Source: Malacoraja senta
Taxonomy: Eukaryota
Length of the DNA stretch: 64,000 nucleotides
Assembly: GCA_038087875.1 (NCBI GenBank)
Contig: CM075992.1
Location: forward strand, 3,784,001-3,848,000
Direction of reading: 5' to 3'
A program made the position numbers and the translations under genes. The notes beneath the pieces are model-generated. The model worked only from the letters and a program-made list of their open reading frames with translations. It ran no database searches and was not told the origin of the DNA. Shown here one piece after another: positions 46,479 through 58,045 of this stretch. How positions within the stretch are numbered: the stretch's first letter is position 1; every line of letters starts with the position of its first letter.

Positions 46479-47551
46479 GCTGAGTATTATTTTTTGGTAA
46501 ACCAGCATCTGCAATTCATGGTGTCTCTTAATTTACTGTCGTTCCAACCCAGATTTGGGTAAATTTAGTGTTGAGGTGCTTTTTTGTTTGAATGTACATA
46601 CAGTGTCTATGGCGTTATGAATGGAGCACAGATGGTTTAAGGTGAAGGGGAAAAGATTTAATGGGAACCTGAGGGGTAACTTTTTCACACAAAGCTGGTG
46701 GGTGTATGGAACGAGCTGCCAGAGGAGGTAGTTGAGGCTGGGACTATCGCAACGTTTAAGAAACATTTGGACCGGTAAATGGGTTGGAGGGATATGGGCC
46801 AAACGCAGGCAGGTGGAACTAGTGTAGATGGGTCATGTTGGTTGGTGTGGGCAAGTTGGGCTGAAGGGCTTGTTTCCACACTGTATCTCTCTATGACTCT
46901 ATTGACATTGACTCTGCTTCAATTTTAAACTATGACGTTCCCTGGACCACAGGATCCTTGGACCTGGGTCCGCAAAGTCCTGAATTAGAGCTGATGGCAC
47001 AAACACTGATACCTTCAAGATAAAGACACTATCAGGGAATCCAACTGATATCAAACGAGTGCCAGGCTGTGTCTGCATCTGCATTTTACTACAGTGATTA
47101 GGTTGCCCATCAGTTAAACCATCATTGCCCAGCGGTTAATACTTAACTAGAAAAAATCCCTTTGCTGTCAAAGCAAGTGCTCAGGTTAACTGTGCTCTTG
47201 ATAGAAAAATAAGATAGTGTGTGTATTGTCGTCGTGTATTTTAGTTGTGCGTTCTCAATTGGATCTTGGACCTTGAATGTTGTTTTTAACTGATGGAACG
47301 GTGTCTTGTGTTCACGGTAAATTGGATACAGAGAGTAGGGAATGACCCCTGGCATCTTGGTCCCAACCTTTTGAAGTTGGCCAAGCTCACCAGTATTAAA
47401 TGTCTCCAATAGGCCACTAGGAGATAAATCTGTCAGTGTTTCGAGTCATAGAGTGATACGGTGTGGAAACAGGCCCTACGGCCCAACTCGCCCACACCGC
47501 CAACAATGTCCCCGCTACACCAGTCCCACGCTTGGTCCATATCGCTCCATA

Positions 47552-47769
47552 AGGGCCTGTCCCACTTTCACGACCTAATTCACGACCTTTTTTTACTCCT
47601 GGACATTTTTCATCGTGGTAGAAAAAACGCCCCGACCTACTTGATGCCACGAGTACCTACGACTAGCATCACGGCCTGCTACGACCTCGTGACGACCATG
47701 CTGCGTGTATGAGTCAAGGGCAAACTCGGCAGAGGTCGTGAATTAGGTCTTGAAAGTGGGACAGGCCCT
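47552..47769. mobile_element. Short PIF/Harbinger-type MITE
   Basis: TIR AGGGCCTGTCCCACTTTCA. 3-bp TSD ATA on both sides. Confidence 0.85.
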
Positions 47770-47857
47770 ATAGGTGATAACAAGTGGTGTGAGAATCAAG
47801 TTATTGTACCACTGTTACTGACAGCATTGTTTTTTAAACAGGCGATCTCTTTGCAAG

Positions 47858-48024
47858 ATGCACAATGTGGCTAGTTTCACAGTATCCCTGGGGTCTCTGG
47901 GACTAATGCAGATCCTGGGCGTTTCCTGGGCCTGGAGCATCGCTGCCAGCTTGGGCGTCTATCTTGGAACTGGAGGATGGAGGTTTGTCCGAATCGTGTT
48001 GAAAACAGCCCCAAGAGACATCTT
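47858..48024 (+). CDS. SLC27A1: FATP1 first coding exon (167 bp of CDS; exon starts at acceptor 47842)
   Basis: Acceptor TTTTTAAACAG|. Encodes MHNVASFTVSLGSLGLMQILGVSWAWSIAASLGVYLGTGGWRFVRIVLKTAPRDI plus TT|GTAAGT. Matches the FATP1 N-terminal W.WS.AA.LGVY.G.GGWRF.RIV.KTA.RD pattern and the phase-2 intron. Too short to appear in the supplied ORF track. Confidence 0.9.
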
Positions 48025-48384
48025 GTAAGTTATATTGTAAGATTCCACTGTGGGAGTATACATGTCCTGCTGTTGCAATTGAGACTACACGACATTGTCA
48101 CATTTCATAAGGCACGGAAACCGAACCTTTGGCCTAACTGGTCTGTGCCAACCAAAGTGTCCTAACTCAGGTCATTCCCGTGCTGTTCTTGATGGTAGTT
48201 CTAAGGTAGTTCTTGTCCCAGTCTGAAGAAGGGTCCAGACATGAAACGTCACCTATTCGTTCTCTCCAGAGATGCTGCCTGACCCCCCCTGAATTATTTC
48301 AGCATTTTGTGTCTATCTTGGGTGTACACCAGCATCTGCAGTTCCTTCTTAGCTAACAATGGCCTGTTTCCTTTATCATCGTTA

Positions 48385-48792
48385 AGGCCTGTCCCACTTC
48401 CACAACTTAATTCAAAACCTCTGCCGAGTTTAAAGGACCTAAAAAAAAATCAAGATCGTGGTAATCTACGAACTCCTACGACCTTCCACGACTATGTTCA
48501 CGAACACCTACGAGTACGTCTACGAATTCCCACGACTATTTCGATGCCCTCCTTCCGAGTAAAAAGTTGCAATTTCTTTCATCCCGACCATTTTTTTACT
48601 CGTGGACATTTTTTATCGGGCTGGAAAAAACGTCCCGACTTACCTGATGCCACGAGTACCTACGGCTGGCGTAACGAGCCGCTACGATATATCTACGAAC
48701 TCCTACTGACTCGTTACGAACATTCTGCGAGTTTGAATCAAGGGAAAACTCGGGAGAATTCGTGAATACCTCGTGAAAGTGGGACAGGCCCT
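48385..48792. mobile_element. PIF/Harbinger-type MITE
   Basis: AGGCCTGTCCCACTT...AAGTGGGACAGGCCCT. TTA TSD. Confidence 0.85.
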
Positions 48793-49657
48793 TTACTTTT
48801 TGCATATTTTTCATTCATTTGTTCTATGTCTCACCATATCACCGTCTATATTTCTTGTTCCCCTTTCCCTGGCACTCAGTCTGAAGAAGGGTCTTGACCC
48901 AAAACGTCACCTATTCCTTTTCTCCAGAGATGCTGCCTGGTCCGCTGAGTTTCTCCAGTATTTTGTGTCCAAATTAGGTGTAAAGCAGCATCTGCAGTTC
49001 CTTCCTGCACAAGGAAGTTCTTGCGATTGGCCTTTACCCCTCCAAATCTTTCCTATCCACATACAGTACATGTCCAAATGCCTTTTAATTGTTGCTACAA
49101 CTACTCCCTCTGATAGCTCATTGCCTACACCCACCTTGAGGACCAGAGCACCCAGGATCTCCTTTCAAAACTCTGGGATGGGGGTTATTATAAACTTTGA
49201 TGGCAGAGGATATACCTTTTCGAATGGAGATGAGAAGGAAATTCTTTAGCCAGAGGGTGGTGAATCTGTTGAATTCATTGCCACAGACGGCAGTGGAGGA
49301 CAATTCATTGGGTATTTTGAAAGCGGAGATTGATAGGTTCTTGATTAGTCAGGGCGTCAAAGGTTATCGGGAGACGCCAGGAGAATGTAGTTGAGAGGGA
49401 AAAATAGACCTGCCATGGTGGTGCAGTCGATGGGCCGAATGGCCTAATTCTGCTCCCATGTCTGGCGAACGTATGAACATACTGTACTAAATTCCAGCTC
49501 TCTGGCTATTCATAAGAAACGAATGGAGCTGGAGGCAGGCTAAATTCACACTGAATCACTGCCTCTTAGAAATGAAGTGTGGATGATCTGTTGAATGCAG
49601 AGGCTGGAGTGAGGATATGAAGAAAGATATTGTGGCTTTGGAGACCGCCATTCAATA

Positions 49658-50454
49658 TACAATACAATACAATACAATTTATTTGTCATTTGGACCCCGT
49701 TGAGGTCCAAACGAAATGTCGTTTCTGCAGCCATACATTACAAAACGAAAAAGACCCGAGACACAACACAATTTACACATACATCCATCACAGCGCTGTG
49801 ATGGAAGGCAAAAAAAACGTATCTCTCCACTGCACTCCCCCCCCCCGATGTCAGAGTCAAAGTCAAAGCCCCCGGCGGGCGATGATGATTATCCCGCGGC
49901 CATTAAAGCCACGCCGGGTGATGCAAGGTCGCGCACCGTGTCTTGGTGTTAGAGCCCCGGCGCGCGCTCGCAAAGCCCCGCGGCCATTCCAAGCCGCGCA
50001 GGGCGGTGATGTAAAGCCCCGCTCCAGGTGCTCTTCAACCCCGCAACTCGGGCGGGAGAAGTCGCCGCCGCGGAAGCCCCGAAAAGCGGTCTCCCACCAG
50101 GCTTCCGGTGTTGCCGTCCGCAGACCCGGGGGTTGGGTCGCAGCAGCGCTCCACCACAGCTCCACCCGCTCCGGACTCGGCCAGCCCCGTGACGGTGAGT
50201 AGTCCGCAGCTCCGCAACTGGAGCCCCAGGTCGTTCCTGCTGGAGGCCGCTCCACGTTGCCCAGCCCCAACGACAACGGAGACCCGACAAAGAAAAGGTC
50301 GGGTCTCCCGTGCAGGGGAAAGGTTTTAAAGTTCCCCCCCACACACATACCCGACAAAAAAATAAATAATAACTACATAGAAACGAGACAAAAATAATAA
50401 AAAGACAGACGGACTGCAGAGGCCGCTGCTGACGAGAGTCGCGCCGCCCACCGA
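49658..50454 (-). mobile_element. ~800-bp GC/CpG-rich non-coding retroelement with a Rex1/Babar-like 3' end and (ATTGT)n tail
   Basis: Inserted into a CR1 tail (CCGCCATTCAAT...CATGGCTGATCATCC). Minus-strand 3' end ...CATTTCG...AATGACAAATAAA(TTGTA)n. 11-bp hairpin at 50278-50308. Confidence 0.6.
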
Positions 50455-50764
50455 AAATGTCATGGCTGATCATCCAAAATCAGTGCCCCCTTCCTGCTTT
50501 CTCCCTTATCATCCCTTGATTCTGAGGCAGCTGTGCTAACCCAAGAAACATTGAGATAGGTACAGGGATAGGACAGGTTTAGAAGGACATGGGCCAAATG
50601 CAGGCAAGTGGGACTAGTGTAGATGGGGCATGTTGGCCGGTATGGGCATGTTGGGCCGAGGGGCCTGTTTCCACTCTGTATCACTCTGGTGACTCCAGGG
50701 AAGTCTAACCCTGGCAAGTGGAAATTTGCCAGAAAGAAGCTTCTGAACAGGAAGCCGTTCTTTA

Positions 50765-50985
50765 GTAGACACAAAATGCTGGAGTAACTTAGCGGCTGAG
50801 GCAGCATCCCTGGAGAGAAGGAATGGGCGACGTTTCGGATCGAGACCCTTCTTCAGAGCGTAGAAGGGTCTCGACCCGAAACGTCGCCCATTCCTTCTCT
50901 CCAGGCATGCTGCCTCAGCCGCTGAGTTACTCCAGCATTTTGTGTCTACCTTCGAGTTAAAGCAGCATCTGCAGTTCTTTCTTAC
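50765..50985. mobile_element. Fold-back pair of Penelope-type terminal repeats
   Basis: Near-perfect inverted arms around ~50855. Confidence 0.75.
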
Positions 50986-51856
50986 ACTGCCGTTCTTTAG
51001 TGTTAGTTCCCAAGAGAGATACGGGTTCCAACCGTGCAACCACTGGAATTGAAACCAGCTGGGATCTTCTAAAGCTTTGTGAAATGAACTGTCCGTGGGA
51101 GGCGAGCAGCAGGTTTAAATGCAGCACTCAACAAATGTTCCTGGCCGCTTGCCAGCACACACGCTACTAGTTTATAAGCGAAACCACCTCACTCAACTCC
51201 ACATTGAAATAAGGAACTGCAGATGCTGGTTTACAGAAAATGACACAATGTGCAGGAGTAGGTCAGCCGGTCAGGCAGCATCTGAATTAATTAATTGATT
51301 GATTCATTCATTCATTCTTCATTCTTTAGTGAAATACCCACGGTATGCAAAGAGTTGCTACATAAAGGGCGCCAACAGAGTTGCACAGTATCCCTCTGGA
51401 GAACATGCAACTGAACCATCCTACCAACAACTAGAGAGCAGTCCTGACCTCCCATCTACCTCATTGGAGACCCTTGGACGATCTTTAATCAGACTTTACT
51501 GGACTTTATCTTCCACTAAACGTTATTCCCTTTATCATGTACCTGTGAACTGTGGATGGCTCGATTAGAATCATGTATAGTCATTCCGTTGTTAGCATGC
51601 AACAAAAGTTTTTCACTGCACCTCTGGACATGATATACAGCAGCCTCAGAATCCAGGGACAAGGGAGAGTGGGTCTATGGTATTATTTCATAAGTTCATA
51701 AGTGATAGGAGCAGTATTAGGTTATTCAGCCCATCAAGTCTACACCGCCATTCAATCATGGCTGATCTATCTCTCTCTCTCTCTCAACCCCATTCTCCTG
51801 CCTTCTCCCCATAACCTCTGACTCCCATACTAATCAAGAATCTTAAATATCTCTGT

Positions 51857-52285
51857 CTGAGAAGGTTATCGGCTGCAACCTTCCCTCCATTGATGAACTG
51901 TACACTGCAAGGGCCAGGAAGCGAGCGGGCAAGATCATCTCTGACCCCTCTCACCCTGGCCACAAACTCTTTGAATCACTTCCCTCTGGAAGGCGACTCC
52001 GGACTGTCAAAGCTGCCACAGCCAGACATAAAAACTGTTTTTATCCACGAGTAGTTGCTCTACTCAACAGCCAAAAATCTGTAGCCTCCCTTTGATCTGG
52101 TATTTTGTTGGTTCACATGCTTGATCAATGGTGTTTTATCATGAATGTTTTATTATTATTAATGTTTAGTGTTTTCTGAGTCCATTCGTAACTGTCACTG
52201 TATGTCATGTTGTTACTTGTGGGTGGAGCACCAAGGCAAATTCCTTGTATGTGAATACTTGGCCAATAAACTTACTTACTTACTT
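51857..52285 (+). mobile_element. Rex1/Babar-type LINE 3' fragment
   Basis: Reads EKVIGCNLPSIDELYTARARKRAGKIISDPSHPGHKLFESLPSGRRLRTVKA. (CTTA)n tail. Confidence 0.85.
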
Positions 52286-52521
52286 AAAAATATCCATTGA
52301 CTGGGCCTCCACAGCCGTCTGTGGCAATGAATTACACTGATTCACCACCCTCTGACTAAATCCTCCTCATTTCCCTCCTAAAGGTGCGTCCTTTAATTCT
52401 GAGGCTGTGGCCTCTGGTCCTAGACTCTCCCACTAGTGGAAACATCCTCTCCACGTTCATTCTATGCAGGGCTTTCACTATTCGGCAAATCTTGCAGTGT
52501 CCCGTTAAAGGGGGACAGTGT

Positions 52522-52721
52522 NNNNNNNNNNNNNNNNNNNNNNNNNNNNNNNNNNNNNNNNNNNNNNNNNNNNNNNNNNNNNNNNNNNNNNNNNNNNNNN
52601 NNNNNNNNNNNNNNNNNNNNNNNNNNNNNNNNNNNNNNNNNNNNNNNNNNNNNNNNNNNNNNNNNNNNNNNNNNNNNNNNNNNNNNNNNNNNNNNNNNNN
52701 NNNNNNNNNNNNNNNNNNNNN
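52522..52721. other. Assembly gap (200 N, true size unknown)
   Basis: Run of exactly 200 N. Confidence 1.
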
Positions 52722-53011
52722 CGACCTTCGGACCTTCGCTTACCGCTGACACCACCACCCCCTCTTTCTCATGGCCGAGCTTCGGTTCATGAGTTGGATG
52801 GGGTGCCGGACTTTGCGCGCGGCGTCACACGGCCCGGGCCAAAACTCCTCAGCTGGCCCCGCCGGCTGGGCCTTGTGTGCAGCCCAGCACCCGGGGCCAA
52901 CTCATCATTCACCCAGCCACGGCCGAGTCGGTCAACGTATTGCCGTCGGGAATTTGACCCTTATTTTGACCTTTTGTCCCTTATTTGGGAGTGAGAAAGT
53001 TGCCGACCCTA
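52722..53011. mobile_element. Right end of a hAT-like non-autonomous transposon
   Basis: CpG-rich segment ending AGTTGCCGACCCTA (reverse complement TAGGGTCGGCAACT). Confidence 0.4.
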
Positions 53012-53347
53012 ATCTGGCATCAAAGTTAGTGAAGGGAGTGGAAGCTTTGCCCAGTGGATCTCCAACCTCATTCTATGGAGCAGATTGCGCGTCGGGTCCT
53101 TCCGTGCGTAGTAGTCATGTGCAAATTCCTCCCACAGGAGTGCTCAAACACCAAGGATATTAGCACCCAGGAGACTGTAACCCACCACGAGACAACATCA
53201 GTTAGTGACGCCACCACGCCACTCACCGCAAGGTACGCTATCCGTGCATCTCCAAATATTGTTGTTGGATGAAAGATCTAGCAGGAACCTGAGGGACAAT
53301 TTTCTCCACACAGAGGGTGGTGGGTGTATGGAACAAGCTGCCAGAGG

Positions 53348-53970
53348 GGCAGCACTGTGGCGCAGCGGTAGAGCTGCTGCCTGACGGCGCCAGATACCCA
53401 GGTTCAATCCTGACTATGGGTGCTGTCTCTTCGTTTAGCTAAGTTTAGTTCATAGATACGGCGCGGAAACAGGCCCTTCGACCCACCGAGTCCGCATTGA
53501 CCAGCGATCCCAGCACACTAACACTATCCTACACACTTTAGGGACAATTTTACACTTATACCCAAGCCAATTAACCTACAGACCTGCACGTCTTAGGAGT
53601 GTGGGAGGAAACCGAAGATCTCGGAGAAAACCCATGTGGTCACGGGGAGAACGTACAAACTCCATACAGGCAGCACCCGTAGTCGGGATCGAACCCAGGT
53701 CTCTGGCGCTGTAAGGCAGCAACTCTACCGCTGCGCCGCCGTGCCCTGTACTGTACGGAGTTTGCATGTTCTCCCTGTGACCGCCTGGGTCTTCTCTGGG
53801 ATCTCTGGCTTCCTCCCACGTCCCAAAGACGTGCAGGCTTGTGGGTTAATTGGCTTCAGTAAGATGTCCTTCGTGTGTTGGATGGAAGTAGTGTGTGGGC
53901 GGTTGATGGCCGGCGCGGACTCGTTGGGCCGAGGGCCCTGTCACCTCGCTGTAACTAAACTAATCTAAAC
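53348..53970. mobile_element. Nested tRNA-derived SINEs: a minus-strand copy (~53435-53746) inside a plus-strand copy
   Basis: The plus-strand head stops at GGGTGCTGTCT and resumes at GTACGGAGTTTG after the inverted copy. Confidence 0.75.
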
Positions 53971-55390
53971 TTTTCAGCCACATTCCACCATTTGAATTGA
54001 ATTGAAATGAATTTTGTTATTTGTCATTCAAAAACAAGTTTGAACGAATAGATGTTTAAAGTTTTTGATTGGTTGGAAGTGGGATATTTAAAATGGTCTA
54101 AAATTAAATGGAGGTAAAGAATGGTGGAAGATGGTGGTCAATCTGTGGAATTCTTTGCCACAGAAGGAATTCCCTGCCACAGAGGGGCAGTGGAGGCCAA
54201 ATCACTGGATGGAATTAAGAGAGAGTTAGATAGAGCCCTAGGGGCTAGTGGAGTCAAGTGATATGGGGAGAAGGCAGGCACGGGTTATTGATAGGGGACG
54301 ATCAGCCATGATCACAATGAATGGGCCGAATGGCCTCCTCCTGCACCTAGTTTCAATGTTTCTATGTTTCTATGAGACCAAAACATTTTTAAGGCAGAGA
54401 AAATTCTTGATTAGTACGGGTGTCCGGGGTTATGGGGAGAAGGCAGGAGAATGGGGTTAGGAAGGAGAGATAGATCAGCCATGATTGAATGGCGGAGTAG
54501 ACTTGACGGGCCGAATGGCCTAATTCTACCCCTATTCCATATGGTCTTATGACCTAAGATTGCAAAAGGAAGTACAGGAAACACAAAGCAAGTTGATGAA
54601 GAAGGGGTTAATGTTACTATTATTAATAGTGTGACAACATTTTTGCACAAAAACATTCCTAGTTTTTCTATTCAGAAGCATTTGGTAATAGGTGTTTTCA
54701 AAATTCTTTGGATTTCTGAATGTGTTTATCATTCAGGTATTTTATAATTGACTTCCAATTTTCTTGACGAGTCATGCCCTTGCAAAGTGCTGAGTCATCC
54801 TCGGATGTGGGCTTTAGTGGAGGGTGTGTTGTGAATCAGGCACACCCCTTGAATGTCGGTATGGTGACTTAGTAGGGTACATGGGGTATGGGCTTTGACC
54901 AAGAACTTGCCCAGAAAAACATAGAAAATCCCCTTAAGCCTGCTCCACAATTCAGCCTGCTCCACTATCATTGTCTGAAGAAGGGTCTCGACCCGAAACG
55001 TCACCCATTCCTTCTCTCCAGAGATACTGCCTGTCCCGCTGAGTTACTCCAGCATTTTGTATCTATCCACCATTCAATATCATAGCAGATGTGATCTTGG
55101 CCTCTGAAACCATCTCCCACTGCTCTGCAGAACCCTCTGCTCTCTGTTAAACTAAAAATCTATCACAGGTTTGACTCCTCATCCCCATATTACATGAGTT
55201 ATCCCTTATTTTTCGAAATAATGACCCCCCCATTGGTTGAAACATTCTCCCAACATCCAATTTGATTTTGTAAAGGTGGTTTACAGTGGACTTACAGGAA
55301 GTTCATGAAGATAGTAATGGATTGGATGGGATAGTCAAAGAAAATGGTTCCCCTTTTGGGGAAAAGTTGTGAAACCTTAACCAATTACAA

Positions 55391-55895
55391 AGGGCGGCAC
55401 GGTGGCGCAGTTGGTAGAGTTGCTGCCTCACAGCGCCAGAGACCCGGGTTCGATCCTGCCCTCGGGTGCTGTCTGTGTGGAGTTTGTACGTTCTCACTGT
55501 GACCGCGTGGGTTTCCTCAGGGTGCTCCGGTTTCCTCCCACATCCCAAAGATGTGCAGAGGCATTGTCATGGCGAGCTATCTTAGCAAAGGACGGCACGG
55601 TGGCGCAGCGGTAGAGTTGCTGCCTCACAGCGCCAGAGACCCAAACTCGATCCCGACTACGGGTGCTGTCTGTACGGAGTTTGTACGTTCTCCCCGTGAC
55701 CTGCGTGGGATTTCTCCAAGATCTCTGGTTTCCTCCCACACTCCAAAGACGTACAGGTTTGTAGGTTAATTGGCTCGGTATAATTGTAAATCGTCCCTAG
55801 TGTGTGTAGGATAGTGTTAGTGTGCGGGGATCGCTGGTCGGTGTGGACTCGGTGGGCAGAATGGCCTGTTTCTGCGCTGTATCTCTAGACTAAAA
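55391..55895 (+). mobile_element. Two tandem tRNA-derived SINEs (partial 55391-55552; full 55590-55895)
   Basis: Each copy has the A-box TGGCGCAGNGG and a B-box-like GTTCGATCC/CTCGATCC. Confidence 0.85.
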
Positions 55896-56489
55896 ACGAA
55901 ACAAATAATATGAATGTTAATGAGATGTCATCTCTAGATTATTTCTCTTTCTTCATTCTAGGCAGCCCGTAAACACCTCAGTCTTGCCGACCGGACAAAC
56001 AACCCTGCATTAACACATCACAAACACATGATTACAGCAGACCTGAAAGAAAGCCTCTGATGGAAGAATTGGAATCAGACATTAAGGGATATATTTGACT
56101 GCTGATGGATGAACAGGGTGTGTAAGGAATGTGTTGATCTTCATTCTGCTTGGCTATCTTCCAGTTTGCTTTCTGTAGAGAGATGAGCCTCTTAGAGACC
56201 TATCTATTATTGGCTGCACTCAAGAAGATCCATTGGAATGCTACCCAGTCAAAGGGCAGCACCAGTGGGTTAACTGAACTGTGAGGGGTATTGAGTGAAA
56301 GCTAGCCTCATAACACACACGGAACACACATACACACTGATACATCTACCCAAAATATTAAACATTTAATGTGTCATTCTCAATTGTTACTGTACGTGGT
56401 GTTGTTACTTGCAAGCGGAGCAACAAGGCAAATTCCTTGTATGTGTACGTACTTGGCCAATAAACTTATTAATTCATTCATAAAATCAA

Positions 56490-56568
56490 TTACACACATG
56501 AAAGCACGCACACACTAATGCACACGCATGTGCATGGGCATGCACACACAGCACATGCGCACACGCAT

Positions 56569-56636
<68 letters not shown>

Positions 56637-56654
56637 GCACACACACACACACAC

Positions 56655-56710
<56 letters not shown>

Positions 56711-56729
56711 GCACACACACACACGTACG

Positions 56730-56786
<57 letters not shown>

Positions 56787-56811
56787 GCGCACGCGCACAC
56801 ACACACACACA

Positions 56812-56851
<40 letters not shown>

Positions 56852-56925
56852 ACACACACACCTACACACACACATCTACACACACCTACACACACACACA
56901 CACACACACCTACACACACACACCT

Positions 56926-56956
<31 letters not shown>

Positions 56957-57170
56957 CACACACACACACACCTACACACACACCTACACACACACACACA
57001 CACACACACCTACACACACACCTACACACACACTTACACACACCTACACACACACACCTACACACACACACACACACACACACACCTACACACACACCTA
57101 CACACACACTTACACACACCTACACACACACACCTACACACACACATCTACACACACACCTACACACGCC
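56490..57170. repeat. Long imperfect (CA)n microsatellite
   Basis: ~680 bp of CA repeats with CG and CCTA interruptions. Confidence 0.97.
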
Positions 57171-57714
57171 TAGCAATTGTACTTAGTTTGATTTACCATC
57201 TTCGCAGTGTTGAGAGGACTGGGTGAGGTAACGGAGATCGATCATGAGCAAGGGATGAGAATCACAGGCACACCACAGGGAAACAGACCCTTCAGCCCAA
57301 CTTGCCCATGCTGACCAAGATGCCTCCCATTGACCCAGATTTGGCCCATATCTGTCTAAATCTTCCCTATCCACATACCTGTCTTTTAATAGTTACATTT
57401 ACATAAACAACTATGCAAAGCCTTATGTGGGCAGAGGAAACCCTGAGGGAACGTGATTCCTGTGTATAGCAGCGGACTTGAGCCCATCCTCCCACACATC
57501 ACCCACTTTCACCATCAGAGTGTGGGAGATGAGAGTGGACCTCAATCCAGTGTCCTTTCAGTTCACAACAGCGAGCTACATTCACTAAAGCATAGAGTCA
57601 ACCAACGTGGAAACAGGCCCTTCGGCCCAACTTGTCCACACCGACCAACATACCCCATCTACACTAGTCCCACCAGCCTGATTTGTCCCATATCCCTCTA
57701 AACCTGTCATAGTC

Positions 57715-58045
57715 CATTCCGCCGTTCAATCATGGCCGATCTATCTCTCCCTCCTAACCCCCTTCTCCCCATAACCCCTGACAGCCGTACTAATCAAGAA
57801 TCTATCTATCTCTGCTTTAAAATATCCACTGACTTGGCCTCCACAGCCTTCTGTGGCAAAGAATTCCACAGATTCACCACCCTCTGACTAAAGAAATTCC
57901 TCCTCATCTCCTTCCTAAAAGAACGTCCTTTAATTCTGAGGCTGTGACCTCTGGTCTTGGACTCTCCCACTGGTAGAAACATCCTCTCCACATCCACTCT
58001 ATCCAAGCCTTTCACTATTCTGTGCATTTCAATGAGGTCCCCCCC
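57715..58045 (-). mobile_element. CR1-type LINE 3' fragment
   Basis: ORF 57806-58027 TRGHSLRIKG...QRVVNLWNSLP. Confidence 0.8.

Noticed and set aside
55391..55465. tRNA gene (and similar heads in other SINE copies)
   Set aside because: The tRNA-like A/B boxes run directly into the SINE body and LINE-derived tail, with no complete cloverleaf or Pol III terminator.
56486..57226. His/Thr- and Cys/Val-repeat ORFs (also 15122-15624, 44263-44954, 60300-60854)
   Set aside because: Translations of CA/TG microsatellites.
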